DNA from: Cenococcum geophilum
Lineage: Eukaryota
Reading direction: 5' to 3'
Assembly (NCBI GenBank): GCA_050273025.1
Contig: CP158635.1
Span: 6,200,001-6,264,000, forward strand
Length of the DNA: 64,000 nucleotides
The position numbers and the translations under genes were made by a program. The notes beneath the pieces are model-generated. The model was not told where the DNA came from and made no database searches. It saw only the letters and a list, made by a program, of their open reading frames with translations. Below, in pieces: positions 1 to 12,675 of this stretch; position 1 is the first letter of the stretch; each line of letters begins with the position of its first letter.

Positions 1-1264
1 ATTTCTTAACTCTATCTCTTAAATTACTATATATCTGTAATTAACGCTTTATTATATTATTCTAGCTAATATCTTCTGCCTCTAATAGATATTTCCCTTT
101 CTTAGGCTTTAAACGGTTTTTTTAACTTAGTATTATTAGCCGAATGTCTATTAAAGAAGCCGTTAATTAAGAGTACTTATAGTAGCTTTAAATTCTTACT
201 AGATATCCTAGGAGGTACTAGCGTTTACTATTTATATATAAATTAGGTAATTTCTAGGTCTATATCCGCACTAGTCTTTAATATATCTAAAAGAAACCTC
301 TACCTTTGGTTAGTATTTATAGATTACTTTTAGTTGGTTATTAATACGCCCTAAGAGTTTCGTATCTTTAAGAGTATATACTATAAGTATGCCACTTTAG
401 AGGCGCAATTATAGAAGTTAGAGATATATATCCTCGTTGGGCTTAAAGAAATTAAGTAGTATTATAATATTTACAAGACTATACATTATAGCAAAATAGC
501 AAGGCTTATTCCCTTTCTTATTAAGTATAGTAGTTAGACTAAAAATAAGGCTGTTAAGCGCTGTATTAAGATTAGGGCTAATATAAATAAGAGTAACTAG
601 AGTAAGCGTAAAGATAAGACGAGAATGCCTATTAAGAAGACATTCTAGATTTATTTCGACTTAAGATACTATAAAAGCAATTAGGCGAAGCAGAGAGTTA
701 TTAGTAGAATTTCCTATCGCTTAAATAATTAGCATTGCTGCTTAACTTAGGGCTAAGCGCTAGAGAGGAGGCGATAAATAGACCTTGAAAATTGAGTACC
801 TAATTTTAGGCGTTAAATAAAAGACCTTTTTTGGATTAGTTGGATGCTCCCTTAGTTATTGCTTTTTTTAAGAAGCGAGGTGCATTTTTTATCATCCCGG
901 CCCTATACGCGGCGTAGCGTAGTATAGGCACCTAGCTTGGCATTGCCTTAGGTATATAAAGCCTCACTTTACCATATCTCTAATCTTTTATTCTTTTACT
1001 ACTATCTATACTATTTATAGGTTTTCTATAGTACTAGAAAATAAAGATAAAGATAGGTAATTAAGATTAGTTCTTTTAGGATTAAGAGCCTAGGTTATAC
1101 AACTTCTTTAACTCCTTTAATAGTGGCGGCAGGTTCTTACTTTTAGAAAGATAGAAATGTACGGAATTATTACTAGTATTAGTGGCATTAAAATTGTAGT
1201 AGAGTCTGGCTAGTACAAAATCTAGCTATTAGAGCTTTTAGAGATATTTTATAGCCTTCCTAAT

Positions 1265-1482
1265 TATTGATTATATAAGGTAATATTATATAGCTACGGT
1301 TCGTAGATAGTATAATAATTGTTATTCTATATATCTTAATAAGGGAGGGCGAGGAGCTTAAGGCTCCTCGCTACGCTAATGCCGCGGCGATACGTAACGG
1401 CAATTTGCTGTATATAACGGCAACTTGCTATACGTAACGGCAATATACCTTATATAGTAAGCGCTTGCCTTTATTCCTAATA
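1265..1482 (-). repeat. 3' LTR of copia copy 1
   Basis: Near-identical to 41670-41887 and to the reverse complement of 55686-55904; TG..CA termini RIP-converted to TA..TA. Confidence 0.92.
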
Positions 1483-1774
1483 CTAGTAACTCTTTTTTTG
1501 TAGTTGCTATCTATATATATATACTGCTTAATTAGCAGAATAAATATTAATCCTTTTTACTTACTATTGCCATTATAATATAAGTCTCGCTGTCCCAAAA
1601 TTTGCCTTTTACTACGTGGTGCTTTCTTGCTTATAAGTTATAGGTAGGTATTTTATTAGTAGGGCCGCTAAGGCGCTAGCGGTAAGTAAGCTAATAGCGA
1701 TTTTTTATCCTAGGGATAGAAAATCGTAATTAGCTAGTTTAAGTTAGGGTTTATAGAATATTATACTCCTACTC

Positions 1775-4700
1775 CCTTTTAACCTAACCTTTAACTTATA
1801 CTCGTAGAGTATTTATATTAATAAACGTCTCTAGTGCCTTATTTGGGTTCGCCTTTATTATTACATTTACTAGGTTATTTTAGCTATTAATTTATTAAAT
1901 CTTAAAGAGTTTTTAACGCTTATAGGATTACTAAAGTGCCATAATATTAATTATAAGGCGCTTTTCCTTTGTGGTACTAAGCTTAATTAAATACTTATAG
2001 AGGGAATATAAGTTAGTATATATAATTATAGGGATAATAGGGAGTTTAAGTTAATCTATAATTATCTTTAGGGTAGTTCTAATTGCAATTGCTATATTAA
2101 CTCCGCTAATTATTCTATATATCTCTAACGCTAGAACGCTTTAAGTAATATACTTACTCTTAGTTAAGCTTTAATAGATAAGATTGCCGTAGATTATAAA
2201 GTTATTCTCTCTAGTAGATTTGTTTATAATAATAATCTTATATCCTAACTAGAAGCTAAAATCTTTATTATTTATAAATAATTTATTAATAAATATAAAG
2301 AGCTTAGTAGTGGGAAGATTAATAGGCACGTAGAGTAGTCCCTAATTAAAATGGTTTATTTACTAGGAAAAACGCTTATTTAGGGTAAGAATATTATCCT
2401 TAGTTAGTTTTTAGTATTAAGTAGTAATAAAGAGATTAAATAAAGCCTTAGGTTAATAGATAAAAGTAATATAAGCTCTACAAGCGCGTTACTCTATATA
2501 TCCTTACTTTAGAGAATTAACGTTAATAATATTAATCTTCTTACCTTAACCCTTTTAGTGTAAAGTAATAGAATCCTTATTTAGGGAAAGGATACATCTA
2601 TTAAAGAGTAATAGTGTTATTAAATTAAGCTTTTCCTTTAGCTTTACTATAAGATTTAGCTTTACTAGCTTGTCTTCTTTAAGAGCTAAGAATTAGTTAT
2701 CTTCTAAAATAATTATATTATTAGTTTATATACCAACAATTCTAAATAGAGTTTCTGTAGTTATAATAAGGAAGTATAAGTTAAATATAGAAGTAGTTAT
2801 TAAAAGCTTCTCTTTATAGTGCTTACTGTAGGTAGCCTACTAATAAGTTCTTATCTCTGCGATTTTATATAATGGCTTAAGCACAACCATAATTATATCT
2901 TTAGGATATTAGTAGCGAATTTACTCTAGAAGGTATGCCAATATTAAGCGCTAAAGGTGCGTCTTTAATTAGGTATAGGCCTAAGTAATATCTTATAAAT
3001 AGACCGCTATTCTATTCTTTATTAAGGAGGGAGCTAATATAATAATAACTTATTAACTAGCTCGTTAAATTATAGGAGATTATATAAGAATTATTTCCTT
3101 ACTATTATTATTATAACCTTAGATAATAAGCCTTAATTTCTTAAATAGGGCGTTAGTAGCCTTGCCCTTAATCTTATTAACTATCCTTAACTTAAAGATG
3201 CGAACTTTATTAAACTTAGTAGGGTTATACTTCTTAAATTTAAAGACTCCTCTTATAATAAGACCGTTGATCTTCTACTTATTAGATGCTTAGAAAGAAG
3301 TTCCTAGGGTTATAATATAACTTTCCTTTTAGAGCTATTTTGTAAGCTTAAAGTTAGCCTTCTCCTTAACTATTATAAAGGCTATTAATAACTTAACTTT
3401 ATTCTTAATAGCGGTAATAAATTATTCTTTAAAATTAATAAGATGTTAGTGATTTTATAATTCCTTTAGGCGACCTTTACCGCGTTCTAGTTATGGCGTA
3501 TCTATTATAATTATATTAGGATTATAGTCGCCTTCTAGAGCACGTTAATTATAGTTTTTCTTTAGGATATCTTCTAGGGCATCCTATAAAGGCTTAGAAT
3601 TGTTATCTTTATAGTAAGGCTTAATAATAGTTAAATAAAATTAAGTGGGTCTGTAAGGTATCTAAATAGTATAAGTTTAACTATTAATTATAATAAGTTA
3701 GTATAGGCCTAACTATCCTCCCTTTTTACGCTATATGTATACTTTAGACTAAAGTGGTAGATTAAGCGTAGTTAAGGTGTTTAGGCCATTTCTTATTTCT
3801 AGTATATTATTAACCTAGTATATAGCATAGAGATGTTATACCTCCTTTATTGCCTTATAAATAGCCTTAGCTTATTATATAATAAAGGGAGATAGTAGAG
3901 AATTATTAGTTATTTAAGGGTAGGCGCTAAAGACTAGTAATGTAGATATAAGTCTATCTAGGCCAGCGGAATTATTAATAGCTTTAACAGCTATTTATAA
4001 GGTAAGTTTTTTACTAGTATCCTTTAGTTTTAAAGAGATAATCTTATATATATAGCGTAATAGCGCGTAATATTACTCTACTTTTTTAATACTATTATAT
4101 GCCTTAATAGGGACTTCCTTAACCTTAATTGCTATTGCCTTTATCTATTATTAGAACTCTATAGATAAGAAGTTCTTTCCTATATTATAGATAGTTTAAT
4201 TAAGGGGTCCTAAATAGATATTAATTAAGTATAACTAAAGGGTATCCTATATATTTTTAGCTAATATATCTTTTAAGAAACGCGCGGCTTAAAAGGAGGT
4301 TAAGAAGTTAATAACTTAGAGCACTGGCTTGCCACTAAGATATATAACGTTAATAATAATATAGAAGTTAAAGTTATAGTTATCTTTAAGGGTGAACTTA
4401 AATTGGCTAGGGGGACTTCTAGTTTATTTAGTAGTAATAGTAGTACTTTATAAGATACTTAATTGCCTTAACCTTAACTTTATAGCCTACTTACTAAAGA
4501 ACCCTAAGTAATTAATAAACGGATAGGTGGCTAAAATAATGGTATAGTTGGCGTAATTCTAACTTAGTTAAGTAGCTCTAAGTAATACTCTTTTCTAGTT
4601 AATAAAGGAGTAACTAGGGGTAACCCTACTTGCGTATAACGGGCACCTAATTATTTCCCTAAATAAGTATATTCTTAAGGTTATTAAGCCTAACGCCTAA

Positions 4701-5467
4701 CTTATTTATATTTTTAATATAAAATAGAAATGGAGTATTTATAGAAATAATATAGAAAGTAATATATCCTAAGGGGGTTTAGACCCTAATTATGCTAAGA
4801 GAGATTATAGTACCTTTACTAAAGCAAATTATATATTAGCCTACCGTTAATTAATTAATCTAAATAGAGCTATTAAGCTACTAAAGAGCTTAAAATTAAG
4901 GTTCTCCTACTATAAATACTCCTGCGGCTCTTATATCCGGTATAATACTATAGAAGACATACGCTAAGTATTTATTATTAAAGGAAAACGCAGAACTCTC
5001 CTTTAGCTTATTAAAGATATCTAATTTCGTAATAAAATAGAGTGTAGATTAATTATTAAGAACAGCAACGGTTTATATACTATTTACCTTACTATACTTA
5101 GTAAAGTATTAGTTAGGTAAGTAGTCCTTAATTTCTATATCTATAAGGAGCTATTTAGTCTTATTAACCGTAAGACCCCTTACGCCTTTATATTAAACTA
5201 GGAAGCTTTAAAAGTAGGCTATAATAACCTTATAATTTTTAATATTTTTTATACTCTAATAAAACTTATTATATACCTCCTTTTGCTTATTAAGGGAGTG
5301 TCTAATTAACTAGTAATTTGGCTTCTTATAAATATAGCACTTTTTTTAGTAATTACTTCGGAATAAACCTCTATAAGGACCTCTATAATTACCTTATAGT
5401 TAATATTAATTATACCCTCTTCTGTATTCCCTATTACGGCCACTATATATTTAATTAGTCTAGTTAT
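1775..5467 (-). pseudogene. copia pol relic (protease-integrase-RT-RNase H) of copy 1
   Basis: Reverse complement aligns by eye with ~57737-61440; recognisable RNase H (..KRITxSVLALEIY..) and integrase zinc-binding segments; many RIP stops. Confidence 0.88.
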
Positions 5468-7436
5468 TTTGTTACGCGGGAAACTGCATCAGGAAATAGA
5501 GGCTTCCTTTACGGGCAAGGCGCCCTCGCTTGTTGACCCCGGCCAAGCCAAGACTGCCCCTTGACCTTAACCATAAAAGGCCATTTCTCTCGCTACTTTT
5601 CCTCTTATCCTCCATCTTTCCTTTCTTCTAACACTGCGCCTCCTCCTCTTCTTGCTGCTAGTCCCTGGTATAGTTACATTAAGGTATTTCTGCCGTCCCT
5701 TTAGCGCTAATATATATGCAAGTCTAGCCCACTTATTACTTTATTCCCCCGTATCTTAGACTAACAATTAATATAGTTAACTACGGCCTTTCCAATAGGT
5801 GAGTTTCTATTCTACGGTAATGTATAGACGGTCTTAACCTCCTCTCTTAATTCCCGCCTCTAGAGCCGATGGCTTTAATTTTTATTAAGCTCTTTTAGCG
5901 CCACCTCTGTCCGCTAAGCGCGTCTATATCCTTACAATTCTATTCTCTTTCTTATATACACCCTCTCTTCTTTTGCCTTCTAGATAGCGTTAGTCCGCAA
6001 CCGTCCTATAAGAAGGGGGTTAGGGGAATTCCGCAGTTACCAGCCGCGTCAGCACTATTGTCTTATTTAACTCTGCTGCATATCTCCTTCTAAGGTAGGG
6101 AGGGACAGGCGTGCCGTATCCGCCCCCTTAAGGGCTTAAGCGAGCTTATGTCGCACTCGTTTTAGCTAACCTACGCGCTATTTTCTTACCTAGGATATGC
6201 TGTTAGTTAGACGGCCCACTTTAGCATTTACCGATGGCTAAAGCCACCTATATTATAGCTAGTATGCCTATTAGGCTACCCAGCGGAAAATCAGCTAGAT
6301 GTCGCCGATTTAAGCAACCACCCTATATAGGGCTGTGTTAGGTATTATTTAAACGGACATTATATAGAGTATTGCCTGGGTGGCTATGCATACCTACCTA
6401 GTGGTATAGTTGTATTACCACAGATGTTTTAGAGACACCGTTTAATCTACTAGTTTAGGGCTAAGGGGCTGTTAGCTCTGCCTAACTACTTAGCGGCAGA
6501 GTGGTAAAGGATTGATAATCCGGCCTTCTAAGCTATGGGGCTATAGTAGGAACTACCTAGATTAAAATTAGAAGGTTGTAGCTTTTAGGCGTATAATAGA
6601 TCTATAGCACTGCGGCACGACTATAAAGGAATCTAATACCAGCCAGCCATGTTAGGAGGGCGAGCATTATATAGCACCTTATGTAGTACCCTATGCAGTC
6701 CTTTACCTAGTTTATTTATGTATCTGTATACAATCACCATATAAGCGGCAGGCGTATCCGTCACTAGGTGGTTAGTATTAGAGAACCCCGCCTACCACTA
6801 ATAATAATACTACCTCCTTCCGTTATAGATAGCTTATAACGCGCATATATAAGTGGGGCTTTATATCCTATTAATACGAGCGGCGCAGAAGATTAGCTGG
6901 ATTGGCATTATTAGGAAGTGAATAGATACGTTAGCACTGCCCTTTACTAAGGAATAAGGGTAGAGAATTTAAGCCACTAACCTCCTAATAAGGGGCTAGA
7001 TGTAATAACTGTGTTAAAGCTAAATATACTAGCTTAGATGGATAGATATGGTTTAATCGCAATTTGCTAAGGGTGTTAATTAGGTGCTAGGAATTTAAGC
7101 CCTTGCAAACCTTTATACTTTATAAACGGTAATTAACCCCAGTCTATGCCAGAGGCGCATATATTAAATGCTTTAATTTAATAAGAAACTTAGGTAAGGG
7201 GTAAAGGGTAAGGGGCGATAGGTAAGTGCTAGCGGCGAAGGGAGAACTAACGTGCACTTAAAAAGACCTTTAATTCCCCCTTAAAGCTTTTAAAAGCTAT
7301 AAAATAATAGTAACTCTAATAATAATAACGTTAGCACTACCTTAGTCTTTATTTTGTATTCCTTTTAAAATTTCACTTAATAAGAATAATTTCTATACTA
7401 GTCCCCCTAAAAAATTAATAGCTTTATCTTAGCACT

Positions 7437-9303
7437 ATGCAATTACAGCCCTTAAGAAAAACGCGAGTAGTAAGCCTGAAAGGAGGAGCAGGGGAGTACC
7501 TCTTTTCCCCCTAAAAAGTTAAGAAGCATTATAAGCTTGGGCACTTAATAGTATATTATTCCACCTAGGGCCTTAATTTAGATATTCCGTCTAATAAAGC
7601 GCCTATAGACCCTATATATAATTATAAGAAAGCTAATAATAAGTATTACGAGGATAATAAGGATAACGAGGACAATAAGGAAGATTTCTATAGGGATAGA
7701 AATGACAGTTAAGTCTCTGGAGGAAGTAATTAAGGTAATTATCCTAGTAATTACCCTACTACTCTCCCTCTTTCCCTAGAAGTTTTAAATATGTAGTTTT
7801 AATAACTAATAGCAAATCTAATAGTTATTAAAGATGATACAGCCAATCTGGACTTAGAAACTAAGGGTAATAAAGCTAGTAATATTAATAACAAAGTTAA
7901 TAAAGCCGATAATCGACTAATACCTTATAGATTAGGTATACGCTTTCCCTTTTAATTTACAATGGCCTTATTTAATAATTAGTAGATAATAGGAATAATA
8001 GTAGTGGTAAGGGCAATAAAGATAATAAAGAGCTACCTTTGTTAGAAGCGCTGGAAGAGGAGATACGCGTACCTACGCATAATCGTACTATACCCTCAAC
8101 GCTAAACAGCAATTAAACGGATAATTTAGCTAAGGGGCGTCGCATTAGAACTACTTCGCAGTTTAGGTAAAAGCTTAGGATATTAGTGGCTGCTAGTTAA
8201 GAGTCTTTAGGAGCCGAGAAGTTAAAAAAGCGGAGGTCTAATTAGCTTAATTAACTAGGTAGCATTAATTATATCTCTAATACTTCTGTTAGTAAGAGTA
8301 GCGAGAGCGTACGACCTAGGAAGTAATAAAGGTTACCTGCTTCCCGGAGGATTACGCCTTCTAGCTCTCCTACCCTTAGCCTTAATAATGGTGACGGTAT
8401 TAAGGAGCGAGCAGCCTTTACTGCGTGGCCCACTAGCTCCTTCTCTTGGTACTATATATCTCCTTATAATACTAGACTATTAAAGAATGGGGCTAATAAA
8501 AGTCGTAATTGTATTCTAGATAATCTTGTTAACGGCTTAGCTAAAGAAAGCGATAATAAAGATGGCGAGAACGTTATAGACGAAGATAAGGCCGAGAACT
8601 ATAGCAACGGAAGTAATAATAGTGACGATATGGGTAATGACGACTTTAGGGATAATGACAGTAGTAATAGCGATAAGGGTAATGAGGCCCGCGGGTGTAT
8701 AGGGTAATGAGGATTACTAACCCCTATTACTAGTTAATTAAAGGTAAAGCGTGTTACGAAGTATTATCTCCAGCGGTCTTACTATTCCTCTTTAATTTTA
8801 TCTATGCATGCGTCTAACTAAAGCATTGCGCTTACTAGCAATTATTATAAGTGGGTTGTATCCCCTATATATAATTGCCTCTATACCTAAAAACCGCTAC
8901 TAAGCCCCGCCTCTGGCTTTAACTCCAATAAAGCAATACCAGGAGCCACCTTAAATGCTAATTCGGAAGAAATTTTACTCTAAGCAGCTTTTAGGCGCTA
9001 GAAAGATGGGTTATATGCACTAGATATCCTTCCTTAATAATTCCCTTTACCTTTTAACCTAGTTGAGCAGCCCTAGGAGCTAAAGCCCTAAGGGCTAAAG
9101 TCTAGAATAAAATTCACTGAAGAGGAAGACGCGCTGCTTATTAAATTAAAGAAAGGACGTAATCTTCTATAGGAATAGATTAAAGACCGCTTTCTAGAAA
9201 GAAGTCTTAGATTACTATAGGCGTATTACTATTTGAAATTAAAGGCCTGGCCTACCGCGTAGAAGAAAGGGGGCCGGCCTGCCGGGCGGAAGAGACGGTA
9301 GTA
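7437..9303 (+). pseudogene. Myb/SANT-domain gene with long acidic low-complexity N-terminal region (Starship 3'-end gene type)
   Basis: ~9100-9250 translates to KSRIKFTEEEDALLIKLKKGRNLL*E*IKDRFLERSLRLL*AYYYLKLK (SANT pattern F-T-x-E-E-D-x-L-L ... W-x-x-I ... R-S); upstream D/N/E-rich tract with ELPLLEALEEE; start codon tentative. Confidence 0.78.
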
Positions 9304-9475
9304 ATTGTAGTGCCCTTCTTTTTGGTTTAGAGATCTTTTTCTAGCTTTAGGTTCTACTTTTGGCTTATTCTATTTATAGCGCATTTCTTATAACGTCCTA
9401 TAATTTCTAATTTAAAAAAGTTAAGCCCTTATAAACTATACTGCCGGCTATACTATATATAATCGCCTAACTATA

Positions 9476-10023
9476 ATGTCGTCTAAAGCTGTAAGCTTAA
9501 GGGCCGCATAAAAAGGTCTATAAGAGTATTACTTTTTTAAGGGCGGTAAGCAAGAGCTACTTATTACCACTTATAACGCTACAGACGATAGAAAATGTAA
9601 GGCTAAAACTACGTTTATAACTTGGCTAGCTAATTAAAATTATGTAATATAGTTGAAACTGAGCGGTAGTCCGAATAATATAAAGTTAGGCGTTAATAAT
9701 TGATTAACTTATATATACGATGTAAAGGCGTATAAACTAGCTATAGTTAATTTGCCTTATAAATAAGAACAAGCTATAAGAATCTAATCCTTAGAGATAT
9801 TTTAGTTAGTGGAGGGGCTATATATATCTAGTAACTCTAATCCCCTAGACTTCGGCTAATGTATAGTTGAAATGCGCATTATAGTGGACGCCTTACCCGT
9901 TGTTTAGCTGGTGGCCTAATTATATACATAATATTCTGCGCTAGAAAGCTTTGATAGTAGGGCAGGGCAAATCCGGCCGCAGCTTAGTCCGAGAGGTAGC
10001 CGCTTAGCAATTCTTTTATATAA
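9476..10023 (+). pseudogene. small hypothetical gene relic with one intron
   Basis: ATG at 9476, coherent frame broken by RIP-type TAA/TAG stops, GTAAG...CTAAT...TAG intron-like segment; no recognisable domain. Confidence 0.4.
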
Positions 10024-10839
10024 GCCTTTCTATTAGGCATTAATAACTAAGTAGCTATAAACCTATTAACTGCAGTAATACCTCTATTTTCCCTTATAAA
10101 TTTCCTTTAACCCTACTTCGCTAATTATTCGTAGCGCAGTTCCGTAAAGCTGCTCTCCGTTTAAGCCTATAATCTACCTCCTTTTATGCTTTTTACGTTC
10201 TGCCTCTTATAGTTATCTAGCAATTCTATTCTTGCTATTAAGGTAAATATTAGCTTGGCTATTCCGCGCAGTATATGCCTAATTACTTATATCTTCTATA
10301 ATAGTTGTGCTTTAATGCGCATGTGCTTTACGGCCTTTTATTCTAAAATAAATTCCTAAATCAGCCGCTATTCCTCCTTAGATGGCTATCTATAATTAAA
10401 AACGCTTTATAAAAGATAATATTTGCTTAATATTACACGTCTATAGAATACCTCTCTTTTATAGCCACTAGTCCCGCTGACTTGCGTAGTCGCATTTCTA
10501 GCTATATAGATTATATCCGCTAAGGCCGGGGATAAGGCGATTAGTGGGGAATAGGAGGAGATTGGAGGTTATATATTTAAGATAACGGAGGATATAACTA
10601 TGATATTTAAAGGCAGATTATGCAATATTAAAGACGGCGAAGGAAAGCTAGTTAAATATTTAGGTATAGAAGATGGATAAGTAACAAGAGAGGTTCTTAC
10701 TGGGTATAAATGCTATATAATAAGGGCACGGGTTAAGTTAGAGAAGAGGTAATAAGAAGAGGTAGTAATAAGTGGTAACCTAAAGCGATATATGCCATTT
10801 ATTGTGGATAAGAGTTAATCTTTAGCTTCTTTTATAGTA

Positions 10840-12020
10840 TTTTCCTAAAACTTTAAAGTATCTAGGTCCCCCAAACCAAATAATTTAAAGATATTCTATC
10901 TATTTTTGTAGCCGATCTTAACTAATAAAAGAGCGTCCTTATTGTCTATTTCTGGCATATATATAGATAGGCAATTTATAACCGCTAGTCCTCCGCTCTC
11001 TTTTTCCTTTCTTTATAAATTGCTTATTTCTATCCTGGTGCGAAATGGCTTAGGGAGATTTTTAATTATATGGCGCCTTATAAATAAGAAAGATAAGTAC
11101 TAGCCCTTCCCTAGCAATATTGGATTTCCTGTTTAATGTTAACCACAGATATAATATCTTATTAAAGGTCATTTTATAGACCTAGAGTTTGCTATAATTT
11201 TAACTGGGGACGCTTTAATGGTGGTTTATTTATAACTTAATGATATACTAGTATAATGGCGCTTGGAGGACTCTTAGAAGAAGCGTTTATCTTAGATAAG
11301 TATTAATATATTAAATTTGGGGAACAAGGTATCTAACTATTGGTTTTAGGATTATTAGATAAGATTATACTTTCCTTTTATAATAAATCTGGCTCTAAAA
11401 TATATAAGTAACTAATTAACGAGTACTTAAGACTTATATACCAAGCGTTTAATAAGCGTCCTAAGGGATTAGAGCTTTAGAATGCCTCTCTAATAACCAA
11501 AAGTCTTAGGCTAATGTTAGGTGTTCCTCTAATAATATTTATTAATAATTTATTTAAAATATAAGGCTCTTTTATACTAGTAGAGGGATCTACCTCTAAA
11601 GATAGACGTTTTAGAGGCGAAGGAATTAACGTGCTAATTAAATTGGCCTTATAAAGTGTACTTACAGCAACTATAAGACTGCGGGGGTGGGGGTAACTCT
11701 CCTACTATTCTCGAAGCTCTCGGAGGAGGTTTTTTACCGATATTGTTGCTAGCTTTGAGATAGGCGCTATTAAAGTGTATAGGAAGAATATTTTAGGACC
11801 TAAGCTGATGAAAACGTCCGTTAATAGAGTGCGTGTATGTAGCTTTACACTTTGTCGCGAGCTTGATCGTTTCTCTAAGGATATCACGTTTTCTTATAGT
11901 ACCTTAAGGCATGATTTAAACGCGTTGTTCTGGTAGGAGGGTAATGGATATATATTAGCGTCGAACGTCTTTCTTTTTTCCTTAAGTAGCTCGTAAAACT
12001 AGTCATTTGGTACTATTAGA
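10840..12020 (-). pseudogene. fungal hypothetical protein relic
   Basis: Includes ORF 11705-11887; downstream reads ...GGLAVINCLSIYMPEIDNKDALLLVKIGY..IFKLFGLG; function unknown. Confidence 0.45.
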
Positions 12021-12084
12021 AGTTTAACTAAGAATAAAGAGAAGGATAAAGAGAGCTAAGATAAGAAAGAGCGGGATAAAAAGA

Positions 12085-12170
12085 GACGGGAAGGAAAGGA
12101 GGAAGGGAAGGGAAGGGAAGAGACGAGATGAGACGAGACAAGACGAGACGGGATGGGACGGGACGGGACG
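12085..12170. repeat. compound pentanucleotide microsatellite (GGGAA)n(GAGAC)n(GGGAC)n
   Basis: Directly visible. Confidence 0.9.
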
Positions 12171-12675
12171 GTTAGCCCAATTATATGCCACTTCCCCTAG
12201 ATAAACAATGCATAGCCAGATCGCTTGCTGCAATCCGGCTAGCATTGCTAGCACTAATTCTGCACTTATATCTTTAATTCGACCTAAGACATTGCCTATC
12301 TCCTATATGTTAATTAGAGCACTTCTATACTTTAGGCAATGTCTTTTTTTAAGCTCGCTCTAGTGCTGGAGTTGAAATCCCGTATATAAGCTAGGGGACT
12401 ATTTCTACAGGTACGGTAAGCACATATACTATAGCTTTATTTACCATAACGGAGACGATATTAATATGTCTTAACTAAAGTTTGCTAGGATTAATTGGGG
12501 AAGGTAGCTTATTATTAGAAGAGGGGTATAGATATACCTATAGCACAGCTTATATTATATAAGAAAAGGGCGGATCTAGCCTAAAAAACAATACTATCTA
12601 GCTCCACTTTCCACTTAGCTCCTTCTTTAGATCAGTGTTATATTACTAAAGCTTTATAGAGTAATAATACCAGTT

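Noticed and set aside
1..830. Possible hAT transposase relic on the minus strand (LITDI**F resembling LTTDxW)
   Set aside because: Only one weak motif in heavily RIPped, window-truncated sequence
5470..5680. Gypsy solo LTR starting TGTTACG
   Set aside because: No matching TSD at candidate CA ends (5633, 5678) and no second copy; it looks more like a promoter with a CT-rich leader
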